Positions 44,934-53,824 of a stretch of 64,000 nucleotides of DNA are shown here, one piece after another. The notes under the pieces were generated by a model. It made no database searches and was not told the DNA's origin. It saw nothing but the letters and a program-made list of their open reading frames with translations. Both the position numbers and the translations under genes were made by a program. Position 1 is the stretch's first letter, and every line of letters begins with the position of its first letter. Source of the stretch: Candidatus Limnocylindrales bacterium (GTDB lineage Bacteria; Chloroflexota; Limnocylindria; Limnocylindrales; CSP1-4). The stretch is from assembly GCA_049967415.1 (NCBI GenBank), contig JBMFSS010000005.1, positions 6,044 through 70,043 on the forward strand, in the 5' to 3' direction.

Positions 44934-45877
44934 GCAGGACCCGGGGCCATGCGCCAGCCGGCCCCGACCAGGCCCAGTGCCTCGGCCAGTCCCAGCCATT
45001 CCTCGACCGTGAGCGTCTGGGGGCGGCGCTCCGGAGCGATCCCCAACGCGTCAAGGCCCTCCACGATGCGCTCGCGGCCGAGCGCCGGAAGTTGCCGAGG
45101 CAGCACGTTCCGGAGCATCTTCCGCCGCTCCCGGAACCCGGCCTGTACCAGCCGCCAGAGGGAGTCCTCCTCGTCCATCGACAGACGCCGGGGGCGGGTC
45201 GAGCCCACCAGCACGGCCGAGTCCACCTCGGGGGTGGGCTCGAATGACGCTGCCCGGACGATCCTCGCCACCTCCACTGAGGCGTGGTACTGGACGAACA
45301 CCGAGAGGTAGCTCAGCGCTCCCGGCGCAGCGGCAATCCGCTCGGCGACCTCGCGCTGCAGCATGAGGACGAAGCGCTCCGGCCGCGCCTCCCCGCCCAG
45401 GACGTGGTGCAGCACGGGACTGGTAATGTGGTACGGCAGGTTCGCGACCAAGTCGTAGGGTGGTGTGATCAGGTCTGCCACGGGGAGATCGAGGACATCT
45501 CCCTCCAGCAGCCGAAGGCCGCCGGCCGCCGGCGCGGCCCCGCCGTCGGAGCCGGACAACGCTCCGGCCTCGAGGGCGCCCGTGAACCGCTCGCGCAGAT
45601 CGGCGGCCAGGCGTCGGTCCACCTCGACCGCGGTGACCGCGGCCCCCGCGCGCAGCAGAGCCCCGGTCAGGATCCCGATCCCCGGCCCGATCTCGAGCAC
45701 GGCGCGGCCGGGCGACACCGCCGCGAGCGCAACAATCGCCTCCAGCGTGGCGCCGTCGGCCAGGAAGTTCTGGCTCAGCGCCCGGCGGGGGGCCAGGCCC
45801 TGGCGCCGGAGGTAGCGACGGATCGCCTCCGCGCCGAGGTGGGTCGCATCGAACGGATCGGCCTCGGCCGCGTTCAC
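44930..45877 (-). CDS. rsmA: 16S rRNA adenine dimethyltransferase
   Basis: 'SQNFL', 'LEIGPG', 'ANLPYHITSP', 'MLQREVAERI'. Confidence 0.95.
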   Translation of the reverse strand: MNAAEADPFDATHLGAEAIRRYLRRQGLAPRRALSQNFLADGATLEAIVALAAVSPGRAVLEIGPGIGILTGALLRAGAAVTAVEVDRRLAADLRERFTGALEAGALSGSDGGAAPAAGGLRLLEGDVLDLPVADLITPPYDLVANLPYHITSPVLHHVLGGEARPERFVLMLQREVAERIAAAPGALSYLSVFVQYHASVEVARIVRAASFEPTPEVDSAVLVGSTRPRRLSMDEEDSLWRLVQAGFRERRKMLRNVLPRQLPALGRERIVEGLDALGIAPERRPQTLTVEEWLGLAEALGLVGAGWRMAPGPA

Positions 45878-46926
45878 GACACGAGCGGCTGCGAAGGCCG
45901 CGCGTCCAGGTCCAGCGAGGCACGGGTCCCGGCACGGAACCGGAAGAACCCCGCCGCCCCGATCATGGCGGCGTTGTCGGTGCAGAGCGCAGGCCGCGGC
46001 ACGACCAGCGGGATCCCCAGCGCGCGGGCGCGATCGGCGACCCGCTCGCGCAGCACCGCATTGGCCGCGACTCCACCCCCCAGCACGATGGTCCGGGCAC
46101 CACTGCGCTCTGCCGCCAGCGCGGTCTTGGTGGCGAGCACGTCCACGACCGACTCCTGGAACCCGTACGCCAGCTCGGCCACCGCCGACGCGTCGAGCGC
46201 CCCGCTCCCGCCCCGCGCCTCGATCGCACGCCGGGCGGCCGTCTTCAGGCCGCTGAAGCTGAAATCGTACGAGTCGCGCATCCAGGCCCGCGGGAACTCG
46301 ACATCCCGGTCCCGGGCACCTGCTGCCGCCCGCATGATCGCCGGCCCTCCCGGATAGGGCAGCCCCAGCAGCCGACCCACCTTGTCGAAGGCCTCGCCGG
46401 CTGCATCGTCAACCGTCTGGCCCAGGAAGCGATAGTGCAGGTGATCCTCCATCTCGACCAGGAAGGTGTGCCCGCCACTCACCACCAGCGCGACCAGCGG
46501 GAAGGCCGGGCTCGGCCGGTCCGGATCGTCCGCGTCGAGCAGCCAGGCCGCGTAGATATGCCCCTCGAGGTGGTTCACCGGCACCAGGGGAAGCGCGTGG
46601 ACGTAGGCGAGCGTCTTGGCAAAGTTGATCCCGACCAGCAGCGACCCGGCCAGTCCCGGACCGTACGTGACCGCGAGGGCCTCGATGCGCGACCAGTCGT
46701 CGACCCCGGCCGCCGAGCGAGCCTCCTCGAAGACCGGGACGATCCAGCGCAGGTGCGCCCGGGCGGCCACCTCCGGCACGATCCCGCCGGTGGCCGCGTG
46801 CATCGCGACTTGGCTCGCGACAACGCTTGATCGGATGCGCCGACCCGCTTCCACCACCGCCACGGCCGTCTCATCGCAGGAAGTCTCCACGGCCAGGATC
46901 AGCCCGGTTCCCCGCTCCCTGATCAT
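45874..46926 (-). CDS. tsaD: tRNA N6-adenosine threonylcarbamoyltransferase
   Basis: 'ETSCDET', 'GGIVPEVAAR', 'HLEGH', 'DDAAGEAFDK', 'TDNAAMI'. Confidence 0.97.
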   Translation of the reverse strand: MIRERGTGLILAVETSCDETAVAVVEAGRRIRSSVVASQVAMHAATGGIVPEVAARAHLRWIVPVFEEARSAAGVDDWSRIEALAVTYGPGLAGSLLVGINFAKTLAYVHALPLVPVNHLEGHIYAAWLLDADDPDRPSPAFPLVALVVSGGHTFLVEMEDHLHYRFLGQTVDDAAGEAFDKVGRLLGLPYPGGPAIMRAAAGARDRDVEFPRAWMRDSYDFSFSGLKTAARRAIEARGGSGALDASAVAELAYGFQESVVDVLATKTALAAERSGARTIVLGGGVAANAVLRERVADRARALGIPLVVPRPALCTDNAAMIGAAGFFRFRAGTRASLDLDARPSQPLVS

Positions 46927-47531
46927 GCGCGGTCCCGCCCTTCTCCGGCGCTGGCCGTGTGCCCCGCGCTCGTGGACCCCGTGCCGCTCGCAGCGTCCGG
47001 CCCCTGGACTCCCCTGGCCTCCAGATCCGCGGCGAGCCGGCGCAACCGCTCGCGCATCTCACGTGAGCGGAGTTCCGGAGTGGTCATGATCAGCGCATCC
47101 TCGTTGTTATCGGTGTAGTAGCGCGGCCGGACACCCACCGGCCGAAACCCGTACTTCTCGTACAGGCGCCGGGCGGGCAGGTTCGACACGCGCACCTCCA
47201 GGGTGGCCACGGATGCCCCCACCGACTCGGCGATGCCCAGCAGCTCGGTGAGCAGCGCCTCCCCAACGCCCTGCCGCCGGCAGTCCGGCGCGACCGCGAA
47301 CGTGGTCACGTGCGCCTCGTCCACCATCTGCCAGAGTCCGGCATAGCCCACGATCCGGTCATTCGCCCAGGCGACCACATACCGCGCAAGCCGGTTGGCC
47401 TCGAGCTCCTGCCGGAAGGCGTGGGCGGGCCAGGGCGCGGTGAAACTGGCGCGCTCGATCTCGTGCACGGCCGGGATGTCGTCCACCCGCATCCGTTCAA
47501 CGGTCACCTTCACCGGAGGTCGCGCGACCAC
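46923..47531 (-). CDS. rimI: Ribosomal-protein alanine N-acetyltransferase
   Basis: GNAT 'DEAHVTT.AV', 'LEVRVSN..A..LY.KYGF', 'RPRYY..EDALIM'; lies between tsaB and tsaD. Confidence 0.93.
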   Translation of the reverse strand: MVARPPVKVTVERMRVDDIPAVHEIERASFTAPWPAHAFRQELEANRLARYVVAWANDRIVGYAGLWQMVDEAHVTTFAVAPDCRRQGVGEALLTELLGIAESVGASVATLEVRVSNLPARRLYEKYGFRPVGVRPRYYTDNNEDALIMTTPELRSREMRERLRRLAADLEARGVQGPDAASGTGSTSAGHTASAGEGRDRA

Positions 47532-48304
47532 TCGATGGCCCCCGTCTGCTCTGCAATGCCTCGCGGCAAGGTCACGTATCCGGGCACCAGACTGGCCACG
47601 TCGGTCGCCTCGTCCGCCTCCAGCGCGGCACGCCCCAGCGCCAGCAGCGCAGCACCCAGCCCCTCCTGTGCTCGGAGGCCGCGTTCCACGGCCGCCACCG
47701 GCACGTCGGGCCCGGCGGCCAGGTCCACGGCAACCAGCCAGGCACCGGCCACACGCTCGGCCAGCGGGTCGCTGCCCGGCACCAGCTCCGGACCCTGCAG
47801 CGGCGCCGGCCCCCCGACCTGCCGAGACCCGCCTTCCAACGGCTCCCGCGCACCGCCCTTGCGGCGGCTCGGCCCGGCGGGTGCCGGCAGGGCGGCCCCT
47901 CCGAGCCGATACCGGGCCAGGTATCGGTCATGCGGGCCGGCGGGCAGCAGCACGACCATCTCGCGCGCGCCATCTCCGGTGCCCGGGGCGGCCACCGCCA
48001 GCGCCGCGGTCGTGGCGATGCCCAGGATGGGGATATGCAGCCCGTACGCGAGTCCTTTGGCGGTCGCGAGTCCCACGCGCAGACCGGTGAACGCTCCGGG
48101 ACCGGTCCCCACCGCCACGCCCGACAGATCGGCCAGCGCCACGCCGGCCTGGTGGAGCAGCTCGTCCAGTACCGTCAGCAGCTCCTCGCCGTGCCGGTAC
48201 CCGGCCAGCCACGTGCGCGTGGCACCGGGCGCGCCCTGGCCATCCCCGATCGCAACGCTGGCCCGTCGCGTCGCCGTGTCGATCGCCAGCAGGAGGCCCG
48301 TCAT
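47510..48304 (-). CDS. tsaB: tRNA threonylcarbamoyladenosine biosynthesis protein TsaB
   Basis: 'LAIDTAT', 'GPGAFTGLRVG'; divergent C-terminal half. Confidence 0.88.
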   Translation of the reverse strand: MTGLLLAIDTATRRASVAIGDGQGAPGATRTWLAGYRHGEELLTVLDELLHQAGVALADLSGVAVGTGPGAFTGLRVGLATAKGLAYGLHIPILGIATTAALAVAAPGTGDGAREMVVLLPAGPHDRYLARYRLGGAALPAPAGPSRRKGGAREPLEGGSRQVGGPAPLQGPELVPGSDPLAERVAGAWLVAVDLAAGPDVPVAAVERGLRAQEGLGAALLALGRAALEADEATDVASLVPGYVTLPRGIAEQTGAIEWSRDLR

Positions 48305-48834
48305 ACCGGCACCCCTCCCCTCGGCTCATCTCCGCGCGCGACCGCCAGGTACCGCTCGCCAGCGGCATCGCGGGCCCGCAGCTCGAGCTCGCGGACCTCT
48401 TCGCCCGAGCCCGCGATCCGCACCTCCAGGTCCGCGGTGCCCACGGCTCCCCGGAGCCGATCGGCCCACTCGATCAGTGTCACCCCTGCCTGCTGGCGCT
48501 CGTCAAGCAGGCCGCCCGCCAGCGCCTCTTCGGTACCGCGCAACCGGTAGAGGTCGAGGTGAAAGAGCGGAAGACGTCCGGCATATTCCGCCATCAGCGT
48601 GAAGCTCGGACTGTTGACCACCGCCCGAACACCCAGTCCCTGCGCAAACCCCTTTGCGAACTGCGTCTTGCCGGCACCGAGCTCGCCCTCCAGCGCGATC
48701 ACGTCGCCCGCCCGCGCGGCGCCCGCGAGACGAGCGGCAAGGCTGCGGGTTTCGGCAGCGGAGCGGCTCGTGACGCGCACGGGCGTCCGCACGGCCCCGG
48801 GACCTTCCGCCCTCTCCAGGTCGATCTCAGCCAT
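48301..48834 (-). CDS. tsaE: tRNA threonylcarbamoyladenosine biosynthesis ATPase TsaE
   Basis: 'GELGAGKT', 'SPSFTL', 'HLDLYRL', 'IEWAD'. Confidence 0.95.
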   Translation of the reverse strand: MAEIDLERAEGPGAVRTPVRVTSRSAAETRSLAARLAGAARAGDVIALEGELGAGKTQFAKGFAQGLGVRAVVNSPSFTLMAEYAGRLPLFHLDLYRLRGTEEALAGGLLDERQQAGVTLIEWADRLRGAVGTADLEVRIAGSGEEVRELELRARDAAGERYLAVARGDEPRGGVPV

Positions 48835-49858
48835 TTCGCTCCAGGTCCGCCAGCGCGACATCGACGAGCTCCAGGGACCCGGGCAGCGACACCGGGTCGA
48901 GGGCCACCCGCGCGCATTCCTGGTACAGGCCGCCCGGCTGTCGTCGCGTGCCGATGAGCCGCACCAGCCGCCCGGTACGGCCAAGAGCGGGGCCGGCCGT
49001 CAGGCGCACCCGGTCCGGCTCCGCGACCGGCATCCCCGAGCCAGGCTCGAACAGCACCAGCGCCGGCGTGATCGACAGGCCCACCTCCCGGCCCTCGGCC
49101 GCCCGCAACATCTCCCAGGCCGGCCAGGGGATCGGCCGCTTGCCCAGGCCGTCGAGTACCAGCAGGGCAAATGCGGGACTGGCGTGGATCGCGGCCTCCT
49201 GGCGTTCGATCGAGGCACGGAAGGCAAGCAGATCTCCCCCCGCCACGCCGCCCACGATGACACCCCGGGCCCCCATGGCGCGTGCCCTGGTGAGCCCCTC
49301 CACGTCCACCCGGGAGCCCGCGACCAGCACAGAGCCGGCGTGGCGCACGTCGATCCGATTGGCACGCAGCTCGCCGTCCGGGCTCTCCACCCCGAGCGCC
49401 AGTGGCCCGTGCGATGGATCCCCCACGGCCAGGGCCGCCCGGACCGCCGGACCTTCGGTCCGGATGTCGAGCGAGCAGCGGTCGAGCGACTCCACGCGCC
49501 CGGACGCGGGCGAGACGAGGATCGCCTGATGCCGGGAGACCACGGCGCGCACCCGGCCGGACGGAGTGGTGCAGAGGACCTCTCCCGACCCTTCGAAGCG
49601 GAGGGAACGGCCGCCTTTCCCCGCCAGCGGAATGCCGTCCTCGAACCGCGTCCCGGGTGCCGGCGCGGTGCGCCCGTGCAGCGGCTGTTCGACGACCTGC
49701 GCGTGGCGGGGACGGCGCACGATCGGCGTGCCCGGGGAGACGCCATCGCCGACCCCCACCAGCGGATCGTCTCCCGGGAGGATCGCCACTCGGACCAGCG
49801 GCGTCACGAGGGGCGCCCACGGGCTCCGGCTCAGGCTTAGCGCCGTGGCCCCGCTCAC
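48827..49858 (-). CDS. Conserved hypothetical protein, partner of the GlmL-like gene (C-terminal KOW-like segment)
   Basis: Globular composition; GTG overlaps the upstream stop (GTGA) and its own stop overlaps the tsaE start. Confidence 0.75.
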   Translation of the reverse strand: MSGATALSLSRSPWAPLVTPLVRVAILPGDDPLVGVGDGVSPGTPIVRRPRHAQVVEQPLHGRTAPAPGTRFEDGIPLAGKGGRSLRFEGSGEVLCTTPSGRVRAVVSRHQAILVSPASGRVESLDRCSLDIRTEGPAVRAALAVGDPSHGPLALGVESPDGELRANRIDVRHAGSVLVAGSRVDVEGLTRARAMGARGVIVGGVAGGDLLAFRASIERQEAAIHASPAFALLVLDGLGKRPIPWPAWEMLRAAEGREVGLSITPALVLFEPGSGMPVAEPDRVRLTAGPALGRTGRLVRLIGTRRQPGGLYQECARVALDPVSLPGSLELVDVALADLERNG

Positions 49859-51456
49859 GCGTCCACCCCGGGCCAGAGGGGCCGTTGCCACGCGTCCAGG
49901 TAGTCGCGGCGCCGGTCCGGCCGCTCCGGCAGCCGCAAAGGGATGTCTCGCGTGTCCACCAGGAGCCCCCCGAGGCCGCCCGTCACTTCGAAGGCGACTC
50001 GTCGGGCACGAGCCCCCACGTACAGATCGTCCGGCGAGTCAACCTGGACGCTCGCCGCGAGTCCGGGGGGCAGGTCGACCACCTGGACGGCGCCCGGAGC
50101 CAGCGTCAAGGTGGTGGTCGCACCCTCGGCGGTCACCCGCAACTCCCCCTTGTGCCCCGGCCGCAGGCCCGGCACCAGGATCGCGCTGCCCAGCGGCACC
50201 AGCAGATCCTCCAGGAGATCGGCCAGCATCCGGCGCCGGTCCCGCTCGGAATCCAGCACGCCCAGAGGCCCCAGAACGCGGGCATGGTCGTAGGCGAGGG
50301 CGAGCGCGCCTGGCCGACGCAGGGTGTCCACCAGCGCAAGTGCCACGGCCGGCGCGGGGGCACAGGCGAACGCGCCGCCCCCGGCCACCAGCAGGTCCGG
50401 TGCCGTGAGCGGCACCGGGTCGGACATGCTGGCGCCCGTCGCGGGGCCGCCGGCGCCATCCCGCGCGATCTCCTGCCAGGTCACCTCGAGCCGCTCCAGC
50501 GCGGCCCGCGCGGCCGCCAACCGCAGCCGCGCGCCGTCCCCGGCCGCGTCGCGCCAGGGCGCGACGCGGAGGTTGCGCAGCCGATCGGCGACCGAGAAGG
50601 GATCATCGGCCAGAGGAGACCAGAGGGCGATGCTGTCCAGCATTGCCTGGTCGTCGAGGGCCTCCGGGGGGAGCAGCGCTGCATCCGCCCGCACCACCCG
50701 TCGCATCACGCCGTCCGGCGTGGCCATCACCCGTGCCCCGGCGTCCAGGCCGATCTCCACGCCTTCGACCCGCAGGTCAAGGAGCGCCGCCAGAGAGGCG
50801 ATGGATCGCAGAAAGCCCTCCCGGCCGTCGGCAGGCCGCGGCACCAGCTCGTCCGCCGCCACCGACGCGTCGCCCACCCCGTGTGCTCGCCGCACGCGTC
50901 CCGGCGGCAGCTGCGGGCGCCCACCAGCCGCCGGTCCTGCAACCAGCACCGGGACGTCGTCCCGCAGTTCCGCCGCGGCGGCCACGAAAGCCAGAAGGTC
51001 GAGCAGGGCGGATCGGTCGGCGCCGGAGAGCCCCTCCGGCGCGGCGATCGCGACAAGCTGCAGGTCCGGATCGCGCAGCGCGGCCGCCGCTTCCAGCATG
51101 CTCGCCCGGTCGGACGTCACCCGGGCAACCACCCGCCAGCCGTCCATCAGCAGCACGCGACTCAGCGCTGCCGTGGAACGCTCCGAGGGACCTGCCACCA
51201 CAGCGCGCCGCGGCGGCAGCGTCCGGCTCTCCACGCGCGTCCACCCGCGCCAGCCGTCCCCATCCGGCACCAGGTCCGGCTCAACCGCGGAGACCTCGCG
51301 CACGAGCCCCGCCAGGAGCGACTCCGGCTCCTCGTCCGCAGGTGCCGCCCGCGCCGCCAGCAGCCGCCAGCGCCCCTCCACGAACGCGACAAGGGCGGCC
51401 CCAAGGGTCGCCGCGCCCCGGTCCAGGGTAAAAAACGCTCGGGGAGTGGTGGTCAC
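49855..51456 (-). CDS. Glutamate mutase L (GlmL/MutL)-like ASKHA-fold protein, divergent
   Basis: N-terminal 'TLDRGAAT..AL...EGRWRLLA', 'DLLVAGGGAF', C-terminal 'GGLGGLLVDTRDIPL.LP......W' resemble the GlmL family as recalled; TACGAT 7 nt before the GTG. Confidence 0.7.
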   Translation of the reverse strand: MTTTPRAFFTLDRGAATLGAALVAFVEGRWRLLAARAAPADEEPESLLAGLVREVSAVEPDLVPDGDGWRGWTRVESRTLPPRRAVVAGPSERSTAALSRVLLMDGWRVVARVTSDRASMLEAAAALRDPDLQLVAIAAPEGLSGADRSALLDLLAFVAAAAELRDDVPVLVAGPAAGGRPQLPPGRVRRAHGVGDASVAADELVPRPADGREGFLRSIASLAALLDLRVEGVEIGLDAGARVMATPDGVMRRVVRADAALLPPEALDDQAMLDSIALWSPLADDPFSVADRLRNLRVAPWRDAAGDGARLRLAAARAALERLEVTWQEIARDGAGGPATGASMSDPVPLTAPDLLVAGGGAFACAPAPAVALALVDTLRRPGALALAYDHARVLGPLGVLDSERDRRRMLADLLEDLLVPLGSAILVPGLRPGHKGELRVTAEGATTTLTLAPGAVQVVDLPPGLAASVQVDSPDDLYVGARARRVAFEVTGGLGGLLVDTRDIPLRLPERPDRRRDYLDAWQRPLWPGVDA

Positions 51457-51514
51457 GCCTGAAATCGTACCCGGCCAGGGGCGGTTGCGCCGCGCTGCCG
51501 CCCTGGGCCCCAGT

Positions 51515-51808
51515 TCAGGCGTCCCAGTGGGACGCTTCGTCCAGCTCCTCGAGGCGCTCGATGAGCCGCTCGATGCCGCTCTCGTCGGCCAGGACGCGGT
51601 CCACGCCGGCGATGCCGCCGGTCAGGATCCCGCGCAGGGCCGGGTCGAAGAAGAGCATCGCCTGGCCGCCGAGCGGGCGGTATGGACGGCTGGCCTCCAG
51701 GAACAGCACCATGGGGGTGGCGAGCCCGCGCATCTGCACCTCCCGGGCGATGGAGTCCACCAGCTCGTCCTGGATCGCGCCGGGAGCGTCGATCGGCGGC
51801 TCAGTCAC
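51515..51808 (-). CDS. Small conserved hypothetical protein (97 aa)
   Basis: 'IAREVQMRGLATPMVLFLEASRP...GQAMLFFDP...IERLIERLEE'; start overlaps the macro gene stop. Confidence 0.72.
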   Translation of the reverse strand: MTEPPIDAPGAIQDELVDSIAREVQMRGLATPMVLFLEASRPYRPLGGQAMLFFDPALRGILTGGIAGVDRVLADESGIERLIERLEELDEASHWDA

Positions 51809-52568
51809 GATCGACCCGCCGTTCCACGCCCGGTTCCGGACGCCGTCCCGCCGCGCCCGCGCCAGCCTCCCGAGCCATGACGCCGATCGGACCCCTTTCC
51901 GCACCAGGGACGACCGGGACGGCGCGCAGCGGCCGCGATCGATCGCCGCCCGGCTGCCGTGGCGGCCTGGCTGGCGCGCCGGGGTCGGGGCGCGCCGCCA
52001 CTGGTCCGGCCACGCCAGACAAGTCCTCCCTTGGCCCGGCCTGGACCGGGTGGGCCTCCAGGGTCTCCTCCGGCTGCCACGCCGCGCGGAAGACCTCGTA
52101 GGTGCGCGGGCTCCGCAGCGCCACCACGACCTCGTGCAGCCCACCGCATGCAGGCAGGGTCTCACGGATCGCCCGCAGCTCGGTGGCCGCGGCAACCGGG
52201 AGCGGCACCCCGCCCAGCGGGGATCCGAGCGCAGGCAGAGCGATGGACCGCAGGCCCAACCGGGAGGCGAGCCGGAGCGATTCGCGGGTCGCTTCGTCGA
52301 TCGCGGCCACCGACGTTCGACGGTCCGGGCCCAGCGTGACCGCGTGCATGACATACCTGCAGGACAGGCTTCCCGCGCCCGTCGCAACGACCGAGCCGAT
52401 GGGCCGTGGGCCGCGCGTCACCGCTTCGAACTCGATCGCATGCCCCCCACGCTGCTTGATGGCCGCACCCGGCCCGGACGTCATCCACAGCGCGGTCGTG
52501 GCCGGGATCACGATCGCATCGACCTCCAAGTCGCAGATATCGCCGTTCCAGAGCCGGATCGCGCTCAT
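51801..52568 (-). CDS. Macro domain (Appr-1-p processing) protein
   Basis: 'GDI..LEVDAIV', 'TGAGSL..YVMHAV', 'SIALPALG'; ATG overlaps the alr stop. Confidence 0.88.
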   Translation of the reverse strand: MSAIRLWNGDICDLEVDAIVIPATTALWMTSGPGAAIKQRGGHAIEFEAVTRGPRPIGSVVATGAGSLSCRYVMHAVTLGPDRRTSVAAIDEATRESLRLASRLGLRSIALPALGSPLGGVPLPVAAATELRAIRETLPACGGLHEVVVALRSPRTYEVFRAAWQPEETLEAHPVQAGPREDLSGVAGPVAARPDPGAPARPPRQPGGDRSRPLRAVPVVPGAERGPIGVMAREAGAGAAGRRPEPGVERRVDRD

Positions 52569-53824
52569 CCTGCCCCCGCGTCCCGCCGGCGCACCTCGCC
52601 GGCCAGCGTCCGCACGCTCCGTACCGCGCCGGCAGCATGGTACACGCGGGGGAGGCGCACTGCCATCGCGGTGACGATCTCCCAGGGAATGGTGCTGCGA
52701 CGGCGCGCCAGCTCCGCGCTCCCGATGCGCTCCGACCCCTGCTCCCCGAGGAGCACGAACTCGTCCCCCAGGCCCACCCCCGGTACCTCGGTGACGTCGG
52801 CCGCGATCGCATCCATGGCCACGCTCCCCACCAACGGCACGCTCCGCCCCCGCACGAGGGCCCGCGTCCCGCCCGCCGACCCGTACGCCCACCCGTCGCC
52901 ATAGCCGACCGGGAGGGTGGCAACGCGCGAGGGGCGGGCGGCGCGCCAGCGAGACCCGTAACCCACGCCTTCGCCCGCAGCGACGTCGGCGACCCGGATC
53001 GGGCGAGCGTGGAGCGACATGACCGGGCGCAGCGCGCCTGCCGCCTCCCGTGCCGCAGGCGCCACCGGGAAATCCAGGGGCAGCAACCCGTAGAGCGCGA
53101 GCCCGAGCCGCACCATGTCGTACTGCGGCGCCGTGCCACCCAGCAGTCCGCCGCTGGCGGCCACATGTCGCAAGACAGGCGGCAGGTCCAGTCGGCCCAG
53201 CACCGCACAGGCTTCCTCGAACCGCGCCACCTGCGCCCCGGACGCTGTAGCCGCATCCGAACTGGCCAGGTGGCTCCAGGCGCCCACCAGCTCCACGCCG
53301 CGCATGGCAGAGAGACGCGCCGCGGCGGAGCCTGCGAGCGCCGGCGCGATGCCCGCGCGGCCGAGCCCGGTGTCGATCTCCAGGTGCACCCGCAGCGGGC
53401 GCCCGGCCTCCCGCGCCGCGGCTGCCACGTCCGTTTCGAGCGTCTCGAGCGCGCCCGGCTCGGCGACGGTGACCTGTATCCCGGCGTGCAGCGCGGCCGC
53501 GAACCCGTCGCGAGGCGGCTGGTAGAGGAGCAGCACCGGCACGCCCGGCGAGGCGCCCGCCACGGCCAGCCCCTCGTCCAGCGTGGCAACACAGAGGTAA
53601 TCCGCGCCGGCGCCGGCCCCGGCGCGCGCCATCGGCAGGAGTCCGTGCCCATAGGCGTCAGCCTTGATGACCGCCGCCAGGCGGACCCCGGGCTCCAGCA
53701 GCGCGCGCAGGGTGGCGAGGTTCGCGCGCAGGGCGTCCAGGTCGATCTCGAGCCACGCGGTCCGGGGGAGCGGGGGCAGGCCAGCCGCGCGCAGCCGTGC
53801 CTCGATCGTCGTGAGCTCGCTCAC
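52565..53824 (-). CDS. alr: Alanine racemase
   Basis: 'VIKADAYGHG', 'DTGLGR', 'VGYG', 'GYGDG', 'AMD', 'TIPWEI'. Confidence 0.95.
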   Translation of the reverse strand: MSELTTIEARLRAAGLPPLPRTAWLEIDLDALRANLATLRALLEPGVRLAAVIKADAYGHGLLPMARAGAGAGADYLCVATLDEGLAVAGASPGVPVLLLYQPPRDGFAAALHAGIQVTVAEPGALETLETDVAAAAREAGRPLRVHLEIDTGLGRAGIAPALAGSAAARLSAMRGVELVGAWSHLASSDAATASGAQVARFEEACAVLGRLDLPPVLRHVAASGGLLGGTAPQYDMVRLGLALYGLLPLDFPVAPAAREAAGALRPVMSLHARPIRVADVAAGEGVGYGSRWRAARPSRVATLPVGYGDGWAYGSAGGTRALVRGRSVPLVGSVAMDAIAADVTEVPGVGLGDEFVLLGEQGSERIGSAELARRRSTIPWEIVTAMAVRLPRVYHAAGAVRSVRTLAGEVRRRDAGAG

